The notes under the pieces: generated by a model
Seen by the model: only the letters and a program-made list of their open reading frames with translations
What the model was told of the DNA's origin: nothing
Databases searched by the model: none
NCBI GenBank assembly: GCA_022779305.1
Contig: JALFSW010000057.1
Coordinates: 11,910 to 75,909 of the forward strand
Origin: Prevotella sp.
GTDB lineage: Bacteria; Bacteroidota; Bacteroidia; Bacteroidales; Bacteroidaceae
Length of the DNA: 64,000 bases
Direction of reading: 5' to 3'
Shown here: one piece after another, positions 18,752 to 28,201 of the stretch
Layout of the letters: the number at the start of each line of letters is the position of its first letter
Position numbering within the stretch: the stretch's first letter is position 1
Made by a program: the position numbers and the translations under genes

Positions 18752-19636
18752 ATGAAAAATATTTTTCATGGCTTAGGCGTTGCGCTCATAACTCCTTTCA
18801 AGCAAGATGGCAGCATAGATTATGATGCCCTTAAACGACTGATAGATTATCATTTAGCAAATGGAGCTAACTTCTTTTGCATTCTTGCAACGACTGGCGA
18901 GAACCCTTGTCTTACTGCAGAAGAAAAGCGTGGCATCACGCAGTTTGTGAAAGCAGAAGTGGCTGGGCGAGTGCCCATTCTTCGTTATTGCGGGGGCAAT
19001 CATACGGCAGCTGTTATAGAAGAAATCCGGCAAACAGACTGGGAAGGCATTGATGGCATTTTGAGCATTTGCCCTTATTATAATAAGCCGACGCAGGAAG
19101 GAATTTATCAACACTTCAAAGCCATTGCAGCCGTGTCGCCACTGCCCATTATTCTCTATAATGTTCCTAGTAGAGTGGGGGTGAACATGACTGCAGAAAC
19201 CACACTTCGCATTGCTAATGATTGTCCAAACGTAGTGGGCATAAAGGAGGCATCGGGCGATTTGGCGCAGGTGGAAGAGATTCTTAAACATCGTCCTGCA
19301 CATTTTGAAGTCATCAGTGGCGATGATGCCATCACTTTCCCATTGATTGCATCGGGCGCAATTGGGGTTATTTCAGTCATTGGAAATATTTTCCCCTGCA
19401 AGTTTTCAAAACTTGTGAAACTTACCTTGCAAGGACGTTTTGACGAAGCACGTAAGATTCAGTTTGCCTTGTTAGACTTCTATAAACTCCTTTTTGTAGA
19501 GGGTAATCCCGCTGGTTGCAAAGCAATGTTGAGCGAGTTGGGACTTATCGAAAACGTGTTGCGTCTTCCGCTCGTTCCTGTTAGCGAAGCAACGCATACG
19601 AAAATCCGAAGACTCATGAAGTCTTCAGATGAATGA
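18752..19636 (+). CDS. dapA: 4-hydroxy-tetrahydrodipicolinate synthase
   Basis: Motifs GLGVALITPF, ATTGE, YNVPSRVG and GIKEASGD (Schiff-base Lys). Start set at MKNIFHG. Confidence 0.92.
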   Translation: MKNIFHGLGVALITPFKQDGSIDYDALKRLIDYHLANGANFFCILATTGENPCLTAEEKRGITQFVKAEVAGRVPILRYCGGNHTAAVIEEIRQTDWEGIDGILSICPYYNKPTQEGIYQHFKAIAAVSPLPIILYNVPSRVGVNMTAETTLRIANDCPNVVGIKEASGDLAQVEEILKHRPAHFEVISGDDAITFPLIASGAIGVISVIGNIFPCKFSKLVKLTLQGRFDEARKIQFALLDFYKLLFVEGNPAGCKAMLSELGLIENVLRLPLVPVSEATHTKIRRLMKSSDE

Positions 19637-19657
19637 AGCATAAATAATTGAAAAACA

Positions 19658-19685
19658 ATCCCAAACAGGGATCTTTTCTTTTTCA
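19658..19685 (+). terminator. short hairpin plus T-tract after dapA
   Basis: ATCCC aaaca GGGAT followed by cttttctttttc. The stem is only 5 bp. Confidence 0.35.
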
Positions 19686-19688
19686 TAA

Positions 19689-19770
19689 CTTCTGAGGCTT
19701 AGTTGCACGCTAACTAAGCCTCATTTTTTTTGTAACTGAGCCTCAGTTAGAATGCAAGTGTAATAGGTTC
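19689..19770. repeat. palindromic-unit repeat cluster, locus B
   Basis: The units are cttctgaggcttagttgcac, gctaactaagcctcattttttttg, gtaactgagcctcagttagaat and gcaagtgtaataggttc. Confidence 0.8.
19693..19731 (+). terminator. intrinsic terminator formed by two opposed repeat units
   Basis: TGAGGCTTAGTT gcacgct AACTAAGCCTCA gives a perfect 12-bp stem, followed by T8. Lies downstream of dapA. Confidence 0.8.
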
Positions 19771-19884
19771 AATTTCATTTAGTATAATTCCGTTTCTGTT
19801 ACTTGCCTAGGCAAGTGCCAAAGGAAGATCATTCGCTATGGCAATGTAAAAACTTAGTTTCTTGTTTTTTCTGAAATTAATTTG

Positions 19885-19892
19885 TAATTTTG
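19885..19892 (+). promoter_or_regulatory. Bacteroidota -7 promoter box (TAATTTTG)
   Basis: Perfect TAnnTTTG match, 23 nt upstream of the ATG at 19915. Confidence 0.45.
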
Positions 19893-19914
19893 CTATCGTT
19901 TTATAGATTTAAAT

Positions 19915-20832
19915 ATGGAAAGGATAGATAAAGAAATGATCCTCATAGCCGATAGTGGGAGTACGAAGACCGATTGGATACTCGCTATCAAAGATTTTGA
20001 TAGTGCAGAAGAGGGGTGGAAGTCGGTTAGTTTGCAAACTGATGGTATCAATCCATTTCATCAAACAAAGATTGAAATCTTGAAACTCTTAGGCGATAGC
20101 TTGATTCCAAAATTGCATATGGCACTGGATATGTTAAATTTGGAGGCAAACATTGCTGAAGTGGCTTTTTATGGAGCTGGATGTATGGAGCAAACTATTC
20201 CCGTGATGAAATCTGTTCTTGGTGATTTGTTTCCAACGGCAGCCATAGTTGTTGAAAACGATTTATTGGGTGCTGCGAGAGCATTGCTTGGAGAGGAAAA
20301 AGGCGTTGCTTGCATACTTGGAACTGGAGCAAATAGTTGTTATTATGATGGGGAAAAAATTGTGAAGAACATTCCTCCTTTGGGCTATATCTTGGGCGAC
20401 GAAGGAAGTGGAGCGGCTATGGGGAAGATTTTCTTAAATGGTCTTTTTAAAGAAAAACTACCCCAATCGTTGCGTGAGGCATTTTTAGCCGAATATGGAA
20501 TGACTTATGTAGATGTCATAGAACGAATTTATAGGCAACCATTGGCAAATCGTTTTTTAGCATCTACGACTAAGTTTATTCTGAGAAATATCCATGAAGA
20601 AGGGATGGAGGAAATCGTAAGAGACAATTTTAGAGACTTCTTCCAAAATAATATATGCGCTTATACCACTTTAGGCGAACGACGAATTTCGGCTGTGGGC
20701 AGCATTGCTTATTATTTTAAAGATTATTTCATCAATGTAGCTAAAGCGTTTGGGTATGAAGTAGACAAGATAATGGTTTCGCCCATTGGTGGTATGCTTC
20801 ATTATCATAAGTATCATTCAAACTTGATGTGA
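19915..20832 (+). CDS. BadF/BadG/BcrA/BcrD-type ATPase, N-acetylglucosamine-kinase-like
   Basis: Motifs ILIADSGSTKTDW, LGTGANS and LGDEGSGAAMG. An alternative start, MILIADSG, is at 19936. Confidence 0.75.
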   Translation: MERIDKEMILIADSGSTKTDWILAIKDFDSAEEGWKSVSLQTDGINPFHQTKIEILKLLGDSLIPKLHMALDMLNLEANIAEVAFYGAGCMEQTIPVMKSVLGDLFPTAAIVVENDLLGAARALLGEEKGVACILGTGANSCYYDGEKIVKNIPPLGYILGDEGSGAAMGKIFLNGLFKEKLPQSLREAFLAEYGMTYVDVIERIYRQPLANRFLASTTKFILRNIHEEGMEEIVRDNFRDFFQNNICAYTTLGERRISAVGSIAYYFKDYFINVAKAFGYEVDKIMVSPIGGMLHYHKYHSNLM

Positions 20833-20852
20833 CAGATTGCGAAACTATCTGT

Positions 20853-21575
20853 TTATAATGGCAGTCGTCTCCAAATGCAATTGGGGACGAGTTGCCAAAG
20901 TCTTGTCAGAATGTGCCAACGCCAGTCTATAATGACAATGTGCTTTTTTGCATAAATCGCTTTGACCATATCGTTTGCCACTTTATCAGCTTTCATGAGC
21001 AAAGGATACTTTGAACTATTGAGCAAGTCGGTATCAACAAATCCAGGTCTGAAATCAGTAAAATGAATATTCAGTTTTCGCCTATTTGCTAATTGCTCAA
21101 GTGCTTGAATGTAAGTGTTCTGAAACGCCTTACTTGCAGAATAGGCAGGGGCTTTCCCAAGTCCTTTTGTGCCGGAAATCGAAGATATACAGACAATATG
21201 ACCATTATTTTGTTGTTCAAAAAATCGAAAAGCAAAACCGATTAAATTGGTAAACCCTGTAACATTTGTATGAACCGTTGTCATTTCTTTTTCTTCTGAA
21301 AGACCTTCATTCTGCCATCCTACACCAGACGAGTGAATATATAAATCCATTCCGCCTAAATCTGCAATCAATGCTTCAAGTTGAGCTTTGGCGTTTTCCT
21401 TGTTTACGTCAATCTCTTTGATGAAAATGTTTTGTGGAGAAATATTTCTAATATCTTCAAGACGCTCACGCCTGCGTGCTGCAATGCCCAAAGTCCATCC
21501 GTCATTGATAAGTAGCTTTGCGATTTCCTTACCAATACCCGAAGATGCACCCAAAATTATACAACGTCTTTTCAC
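20853..21575 (-). CDS. SDR-family oxidoreductase
   Basis: Motifs ILGASSGIGKEIA (TGxxxGxG-like), SSISG and YSASKAF (YxxxK). Confidence 0.85.
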   Translation of the reverse strand: MKRRCIILGASSGIGKEIAKLLINDGWTLGIAARRRERLEDIRNISPQNIFIKEIDVNKENAKAQLEALIADLGGMDLYIHSSGVGWQNEGLSEEKEMTTVHTNVTGFTNLIGFAFRFFEQQNNGHIVCISSISGTKGLGKAPAYSASKAFQNTYIQALEQLANRRKLNIHFTDFRPGFVDTDLLNSSKYPLLMKADKVANDMVKAIYAKKHIVIIDWRWHILTRLWQLVPNCIWRRLPL

Positions 21576-21608
21576 TATTCTTTGATTTTTGTTTTATTCG
21601 ATTATTAT

Positions 21609-21652
21609 AAAAGTCCATTTTCCACTTGTTGAACAGGCGGAAAACGGACTTT
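21609..21652 (-). terminator. hairpin downstream of the transporter gene
   Basis: AAAGTCCATTTTCC...GGAAAACGGACTTT, a 14-bp stem with one mismatch, just after the stop at 21677. Confidence 0.55.
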
Positions 21653-21676
21653 TTAACGGTTTCTGATTCTTATCTT

Positions 21677-23371
21677 TTATGCTCCACAAAAGAAGAGAAT
21701 AATCAATTGAGCTAATAAGATTCTGAGGAACATGCTTAAAGGATAGACCGTAGAGTAACCAACGGCTGGTGCTTCACCACTACAAACCGAATTGGCATAG
21801 GCTAGGGCAGGAGGATCGGTATAGGTTCCTGCCAACATTCCCATGATGGTGAAGTAATTAAACTTGTATTTCATCCGAGCAATTGTACCAATAATGAGGA
21901 TCGGAATAATCGTTATAAGGAAACCTGTATAGACGTATTTGAGCCCATCTCCTTGTGCAACAGTCTCCCAAAATCCTGCACCAGCTTTAATACCGACCGA
22001 CGCAAGGAAGAGCGCGAGACCAATTTCACGCAGCATAAGATTTGCAGAAGTTGTTGTATAGGTTACTAAGTGCATTCTGTAACCAAAACGTCCTAACAGG
22101 ATGGCAATGATCAATGGACCTCCTGCCAAACCTAATTTCAAAGGAACAGGCATACCGGGAATTGCTAGTGGAAGACTTCCGAAGATGATACCAACAATAA
22201 TACCGACGAAGATGGTGGCAATGTTTGGGGCATTGAGGCGTTTGATAGAATTTCCCATCAGCTCTGCAACGCGTTGTACGTTTTCTTCTGGACCTGCCAC
22301 CATAATTTTGTCACCTACTTGGAAACGGTGATGACGACTTGCAAAAAGGTCCATTCCTTGACGGCTTATGCGCGTAACGTTAACGCCATAAAGTGTTCTG
22401 AAGTGCATCTTTCCTAATGCTTTTCCATTGACTTCGCTATTTGTAACCAAAATTCGACGACTGATCATGCGTTGTGGTTGGTCTTCTTCATGCCAATTAG
22501 CTTCAATTTCTTGACCGATAAAAGCTCTAACAGCCTCTGCATCAGCTTCAGCACAAACTACCAAAATCTCATCTCCAAGATGGAATATTGTATCTCGTGA
22601 TGGAAGTGAAACCAATCCGTCGTGCATCAAACGTGTGCATACAACATCACGATTTAAAAACTCTGTGATTTCTTGAAGGTTTCTGCCTGCCAAATAAGCA
22701 TTCTCAACCTTAAGGTACATTGTACAGGGTTTGGTTGTAACATTTTCTGTTTCTTCTTCTTCAAACTTGCTGTTTTCTTTTTCAAGGTTGATTTTGCAGA
22801 TGAATTTAATCGCCAATGTTGCACCAATAATTCCGACAACACCTAACGGATAGGCACATGCATAGCCCGAAGCAATGTCGAAATTTGCACCATTAGGGAA
22901 GACGCTTGCTACAGCCTCTTTTGCAGCTCCTAAACCTGGTGTGTTGGTTACGGCTCCATACAATGTTCCTACCATCATAGGAAGGTTTTCAACTTTGCTT
23001 GTATCAAAGAAGAGATAATAGCAAGCAAACATCACTGCCACGTTGAGTATAATAGCGCAGCAAGCAAGAATATTTAACTTGATACCGCCTTTACCGAAAC
23101 TCTCAAAGAATCCAGGTCCAACTTGTAAACCAATCATGAAAACAAAGAGTATCAAGCCAAAGTCCTGAAGAAAGGTAAGTGTCGGGAGCGGACCAGTAAA
23201 GCCTATGTGCCCCGCTAAAATACCCACAAAGAGAATAAACGTTACGCCAAGGGAAATTCCTCCAATCTTGATTTTTCCAAGATAGACTCCTAAGGCAATA
23301 ACAATAGAATAAAGTAGCACTATATGAGCTACGCTTTCTTGATGTGTAAAAAGTTTAATTAGCCAATCCAT
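21677..23371 (-). CDS. YidE/YbjL-type (AAE family) putative transporter with two central RCK_C/TrkA-C domains
   Basis: Two homologous polytopic halves flank a soluble ~170-aa insert. Start set at MDWLIKLF. Confidence 0.75.
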   Translation of the reverse strand: MDWLIKLFTHQESVAHIVLLYSIVIALGVYLGKIKIGGISLGVTFILFVGILAGHIGFTGPLPTLTFLQDFGLILFVFMIGLQVGPGFFESFGKGGIKLNILACCAIILNVAVMFACYYLFFDTSKVENLPMMVGTLYGAVTNTPGLGAAKEAVASVFPNGANFDIASGYACAYPLGVVGIIGATLAIKFICKINLEKENSKFEEEETENVTTKPCTMYLKVENAYLAGRNLQEITEFLNRDVVCTRLMHDGLVSLPSRDTIFHLGDEILVVCAEADAEAVRAFIGQEIEANWHEEDQPQRMISRRILVTNSEVNGKALGKMHFRTLYGVNVTRISRQGMDLFASRHHRFQVGDKIMVAGPEENVQRVAELMGNSIKRLNAPNIATIFVGIIVGIIFGSLPLAIPGMPVPLKLGLAGGPLIIAILLGRFGYRMHLVTYTTTSANLMLREIGLALFLASVGIKAGAGFWETVAQGDGLKYVYTGFLITIIPILIIGTIARMKYKFNYFTIMGMLAGTYTDPPALAYANSVCSGEAPAVGYSTVYPLSMFLRILLAQLIILFFCGA

Positions 23372-23478
23372 AAATAATGTTTTAATTATGCGTGCAAAGG
23401 TACTCAATTATTATTGTACTTTTAAGTTTTTTATATTCTTTTTTTCTTTCACTTAACGAAAACTTTGTTTTTGTGTGA

Positions 23479-24126
23479 TCAGAAAATTTCTTTAGATTCT
23501 AGGATAGATTTGTATATGTTTTCAAATGTTTCTCTTAACAATGCTTCATTATCTATGGTAGTTCTGATTTCTTCTAAGTTTTTTGCATTGGGCGAGTTAG
23601 GAATCCACAAGCGGAGATAGCCAATCCGACTGTATTTTTCCTTCATGTGTTGCTGAAAACGCAACCATTGCTCGTCTTTTGCTTTTTCTGGATAGTTCTC
23701 TAGACCATATTCGATGGCTCTTGAAAACACGATTTCAGGATCTAAATCCCTGTCTGCCTCAGCCACAATCTTTCCATAAATACTCCGAGGGGCTCTCGAA
23801 CTACTCGCTCTGTGGTCTTCTACTGCTTCCTTCATTATCTTAAGCTGATCGGGCGAAAACCATTTTTTCAAGCGAGCGTCGTTTATCAAGATCTTCCCAC
23901 TGGTGATATGATGAATAGCACGTGGTCCTTCCATACCCAAATCATGGTAGGCGGCTATAACATACACCATATTAATATCTGCCCCTGTAGTGGGAACGAG
24001 GTTCAAAGAATTTTTGATGACACGTTGCACATGGTTTAGTCCATGCGATTTTCCGAATGCGTTGTATCTAGGTAGGATTTGTTGTTCAACAAACTCCATC
24101 AAATCTAAATTGAGATTTTGTTTCAT
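23479..24126 (-). CDS. HD-domain phosphohydrolase
   Basis: H...HD motif (GLNHVQRV ... AAYHDLG) and a downstream D (EADRD). Confidence 0.7.
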   Translation of the reverse strand: MKQNLNLDLMEFVEQQILPRYNAFGKSHGLNHVQRVIKNSLNLVPTTGADINMVYVIAAYHDLGMEGPRAIHHITSGKILINDARLKKWFSPDQLKIMKEAVEDHRASSSRAPRSIYGKIVAEADRDLDPEIVFSRAIEYGLENYPEKAKDEQWLRFQQHMKEKYSRIGYLRLWIPNSPNAKNLEEIRTTIDNEALLRETFENIYKSILESKEIF

Positions 24127-24131
24127 TTACG

Positions 24132-25070
24132 TTAGTTTTTGAATATAACGATGAGTATAGAAGCCACAGTTATAAAACCAAAAATAAATATATTTCGAGC
24201 CGTCGCACCCAACACTTGATTGAGTGCTTTTCCTTTTTTGATGGCTTTTAGCTTTTTATGGGTGGCGAAATGAAAATAGAGGTAAACGAAATAGGCAGGA
24301 AATAAGCTCGAGATACTGGTATTTCCTGCTCCAATCACCGCAAAAACACCTAAGAAGAAATAAAGCGTTTCAGCCTGTTTCTCGCCTATATGCACCACAA
24401 GAGTTTTCTTTCCTGCCTTTTCATCCAACTCTCTATCGCGATAGTTGTTCACTACGAGTAACGTATCAATGACCAATCCACAGGCAAACGAAAGGACGAA
24501 AACTTCCCATGTGATATTTTGGTGAAGTGGAAGGAGCGATACATAGTAGCTTAGACAAACGGGAATAATACCGAAAAAGATCACCACCAAAAGGTCGCCA
24601 AGCCCGAGGTAGGAAAATTTCGTGGTGTAAAGAAAACTGAAAATAATACACAACCCTCCTACTATGAGCATTTCCCATCCGCCATAATGCATCAGTGGAA
24701 GCCCAACAAAGCTCGCTAATAACGTTGTAAAGATTATTCCTTTACGCATTGCAGCCAGACTTATCCACCCTTCGCTACATGCTCGCTTTGGTCCAAGTCT
24801 TGTTTCCGATGCATCGTTACCTTTTAAACAGTCATAGTAATCATTGATGAAATTAGCATCGATTTGCATCAAGCCTGCAAACAAAAAGCAAAGCAGTGCT
24901 GGTGCAAGCTGAAAGCCGCTGCCATTGGCATCTTTCCACGCCAAAGTAACACCAATTGCAACCGGAACTATCGCACTGATAAGCGTCTTTGGTCGTGCTG
25001 CCAAGAGCCATGCTTTCAATGAATTGATCGCTATCGCATTGTCGTTTGTCGTCTGCATTGTTTGTTTCAT
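24132..25070 (-). CDS. menA: 1,4-dihydroxy-2-naphthoate polyprenyltransferase
   Basis: UbiA-fold polytopic protein with FINDYYDCLKG (NDxxD) and a second Asp-rich motif NNYRDRELD. Confidence 0.85.
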   Translation of the reverse strand: MKQTMQTTNDNAIAINSLKAWLLAARPKTLISAIVPVAIGVTLAWKDANGSGFQLAPALLCFLFAGLMQIDANFINDYYDCLKGNDASETRLGPKRACSEGWISLAAMRKGIIFTTLLASFVGLPLMHYGGWEMLIVGGLCIIFSFLYTTKFSYLGLGDLLVVIFFGIIPVCLSYYVSLLPLHQNITWEVFVLSFACGLVIDTLLVVNNYRDRELDEKAGKKTLVVHIGEKQAETLYFFLGVFAVIGAGNTSISSLFPAYFVYLYFHFATHKKLKAIKKGKALNQVLGATARNIFIFGFITVASILIVIFKN

Positions 25071-25105
25071 CTCTTGCCTTTTTCTTTCCGTAGAAGAGGC
25101 GTGAA

Positions 25106-27490
25106 TTAATTAAAGAAATTCCAACTCACCCCCAAGCGGATAATGTTTGGGTTGATGGGATAATGGGGGGTGAAGAAAGCACTGCCACCATCTCGTTTAT
25201 TCAAATGCGACATCATGATGAAGAACCGCGTTTGTTTCAGATGAAAATTGGCATAAGCATTGATGACAGGATAATTGCCTATCTTTGTTTTGCTTGCATC
25301 GGTTTCTTGTATGCCAAAACTACCTATAATGGGAATGTATTCAGGTGCGTTATACTTCGTGAAATAGCGCATATCCACACCCAAGTCGCATCGCAACACC
25401 TTCGCTATTTTAAATCGAGTGAATAAGTTTGTGTAGACATTAAGTGTTGGGACGGGCATTATGTCATTGTTGGAACTTTTTTGAAACGTAACCACATTCT
25501 GCCAATGCAAGAAACCCAATTTAAAGTCTTGTTGCAACTGCAATGTGAAAAGGCTAATTGCCTCTTTTTCTTGTCGAACATTCACCACATTGTTTTCTAT
25601 CAAGTAATTGTTTCCACTGGCTATGCGGTCATTTTGCACACCGAAATAGGTGTGATTTTTGATCAAGTCATAACCCGCACGAAGCTTTGTATGGGTCTTT
25701 GCGATGGCAAGTTCGCCCAAAACTCTCGAATGCACTATCTGACTTAACTCATTGTTGTCCCACCAAAGATGGCGACTGTGATAAGTGTACATCAAGAACG
25801 AAGGCATATCACGGTGCAAGAAAGCATTGACCGACAACTGAAGACTATCATTCAATGCACGAATGTTCAACTTCAGTACACCATCAAGGTGTAGTTGTCC
25901 AGCACGTTCACCCGCAAGCCAAACTTCACCATTCAGATTGTATTGCAGGTGTTTTCCAGTGGTTTTCAAGAGTTGCCCACCGACAGAAACATCTTGCTTG
26001 TTCCACGTTTCATAACCCATCATAAGAGGCGAAGAACTCGTTGCAGTTGTGGTGATAGCAGGCATCTCATAGCGGCGCATTTCATGACTGATAAATGCTT
26101 TCAGTCCCGCCTTTGCCCACTTGTTAAATCCTTCGAGCAATGCCACAGCAAACGTGTTTTTCAGCGACCATGCCTTTGTGCGGTCATAGATACTATCGTT
26201 TGATACCGAGCCTATATTATAATAGTTGTTGGCATAGAAATTTTTAGGCGTCTCGTAGGCTTGATAAATGCGGCGGTAGTTGTCGAAACGCATCGTATGA
26301 ATGAAACTCGTAACAGGCACATATTCCTCTTTCATCCATTGCTCTGCTGCATCTTTCTTTTCAGATTGCGATGTTTGAAGTTTAGCCAATTGGTCTTTAT
26401 CTTGCAAGTCCACACTAATGCGTGTACTATCTGCGTTCATTTTTTCTTGTTTATTGGGTGTATCGCCTACAATTCGAGCATTTTCGGGTCGTCCCTGTGA
26501 TTTGAGTGTCTTCTCATAGGTAGCTTCATCAAATGTCCTACCGCTTTCTCGTGCCTTCTTTTTTGCTTGTTCTTTGTCAGCCTCTTTGCGCTGGGCTTCC
26601 GAAGATTTCATAGCAAACTTTTTGGCGTCGATTTCTTCTTGCGTCATTGGGACTTTTCGGAAAAAGCCAACACTATACCGATGGTTTAAAAAAACGTGTT
26701 GATTGTCGTTTCTATTCCAATTTTTTGACAAGATGGTAGGGATTTCATCTTCCGTATAACTTTCGTTGAATGCCTCGGGATTGGTGATATAGGCATCGTT
26801 GGCAATACCGCCATTTTCTGCCACTTTTTGATGATTAAGTCCGAAAAGTATGTGGGCTTGATAGCGTTCGCCCAAGTAGCTTCCCCACATCGAATAATTG
26901 ATATGCGATGAGGATTGATGGTCGTAGTAGCCACGTCCATAGAGGTAATCAAACTTAAATCCAATGCCTATTCGTTTGCTAAAGTTAATGGCAAAAAGGG
27001 CTCTAAATCTGTCTTCTCCATTAGTGCGATCGCCAGCTGATGTATAAGTGAGGTTGGTAATTGGCGATAATGTGGAAGTAAACTTAAAATCTTGTGGTTC
27101 AACGAGGAAATAATCATACGGATCTAAGAAAAAGAAATCCTTTGTCGAACGTCTGTTAATGAAGATGCGATTTTGGCGTGGCGCACCTAAATTGCCCAAG
27201 GTGTTGTATTCGCCACGCAACCCAGATGTGAAGATTGTATTCATATACATGAAAGATGCCGTATCGGGTTGAGATACCATTCGGTCGCCAAATCTTTCAT
27301 CGATGGTCCAAACCTTCAATCCTTTTGGCACTTCCTTGTGATGCGTTTGAGTGGAGTCGGAACGATTGAGAGACAATTTTGATTGCTCATTATTGTTAAA
27401 ACTGCCCAAGCCGTTTAAATTCTCAATTTGTGAAAATGCAGCATTTGCCCCTGAAAGTAGGCAAAAGAGGAGAAAAAAGTATTTTTTCAT
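25106..27490 (-). CDS. large outer-membrane beta-barrel protein (putative porin family)
   Basis: Signal peptide MKKYFFLLFCLLSGANAAFS. Alternating aromatic and polar strands throughout. A charged K/E-rich insert lies near aa 290-390. Confidence 0.65.
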   Translation of the reverse strand: MKKYFFLLFCLLSGANAAFSQIENLNGLGSFNNNEQSKLSLNRSDSTQTHHKEVPKGLKVWTIDERFGDRMVSQPDTASFMYMNTIFTSGLRGEYNTLGNLGAPRQNRIFINRRSTKDFFFLDPYDYFLVEPQDFKFTSTLSPITNLTYTSAGDRTNGEDRFRALFAINFSKRIGIGFKFDYLYGRGYYDHQSSSHINYSMWGSYLGERYQAHILFGLNHQKVAENGGIANDAYITNPEAFNESYTEDEIPTILSKNWNRNDNQHVFLNHRYSVGFFRKVPMTQEEIDAKKFAMKSSEAQRKEADKEQAKKKARESGRTFDEATYEKTLKSQGRPENARIVGDTPNKQEKMNADSTRISVDLQDKDQLAKLQTSQSEKKDAAEQWMKEEYVPVTSFIHTMRFDNYRRIYQAYETPKNFYANNYYNIGSVSNDSIYDRTKAWSLKNTFAVALLEGFNKWAKAGLKAFISHEMRRYEMPAITTTATSSSPLMMGYETWNKQDVSVGGQLLKTTGKHLQYNLNGEVWLAGERAGQLHLDGVLKLNIRALNDSLQLSVNAFLHRDMPSFLMYTYHSRHLWWDNNELSQIVHSRVLGELAIAKTHTKLRAGYDLIKNHTYFGVQNDRIASGNNYLIENNVVNVRQEKEAISLFTLQLQQDFKLGFLHWQNVVTFQKSSNNDIMPVPTLNVYTNLFTRFKIAKVLRCDLGVDMRYFTKYNAPEYIPIIGSFGIQETDASKTKIGNYPVINAYANFHLKQTRFFIMMSHLNKRDGGSAFFTPHYPINPNIIRLGVSWNFFN

Positions 27491-27726
27491 TAACGAATAA
27501 TCCTAAGAGTGGCTTCTACAAATTTAAATACCATGGATGCAAGAATAATGATGATGCCTGTATTCGTTGCATCGGTTGCATACCAAACGATTACACCCGT
27601 AATCGCACCCAACATAAAAATAATGTTCAACCATTGTCGCAAGGTTCTGAAACGATCTTCCCGCTGCACCTTTCTACCTTGCTCTGTTATATATTCATTG
27701 CTTTGTCGTTTTCTTTTTGTTATCAT
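27490..27726 (-). CDS. small membrane protein, unknown function
   Basis: 78 aa with a basic N-terminus and two hydrophobic helices. Its TAA stop overlaps the porin ATG by 1 nt (TAATG), suggesting coupling. Confidence 0.5.
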   Translation of the reverse strand: MITKRKRQSNEYITEQGRKVQREDRFRTLRQWLNIIFMLGAITGVIVWYATDATNTGIIIILASMVFKFVEATLRIIR

Positions 27727-27865
27727 TTTTGCTACTTATCAATTTCTTTTGAATTAATATTAAAGTGAGTTCGATGAATTACGAAGTATCTGTAAACTTG
27801 GTGATTAGCAAAATTTATAGTAACTTCATAGTCTGAAAAACAAAGCACTACGAATAAAAATTGCT

Positions 27866-28043
27866 ATGATCACTGAGGACAAAGTTACGGAAATATTTTG
27901 TATGGAAGATGAATTCTGCAAGTTTTTTGATGCATGATGGAAAAATATACGTTAAAACCAGCAAAGATGAGAAAATATCAGTTTGATACCATGATGCCTA
28001 TAGCAGAAATGATAAACCATAGAGAAGAGTTTCCGTCATCATA
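27866..28043 (+). pseudogene. frameshifted N-terminal remnant of a transposase (IS982-family-like)
   Basis: 27866-27937 reads MITEDKVTEIFCMEDEFCKFFDA*. The next frame reads MMEKYTLKPAKMRKYQFDTMMPIAEMINHREEFPSS*. The ...TEIFC..D.FCK.F... then K(R)RKY pattern matches my recollection of IS982-type N-termini. No DDE domain follows. Confidence 0.55.
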
Positions 28044-28201
28044 AAACTTTTAAATTCTATACATAAAATCAACAAAAACAATAATACAATGAACAAAGAT
28101 AACAATATCGTCGGGCAGCGGAACGGAAATGTCATAGTCCATTGATTTTATAACTCTCTAATTTATTGGCGCAGATTCTGTTGTGGAACAGGATTTGCGC
28201 C

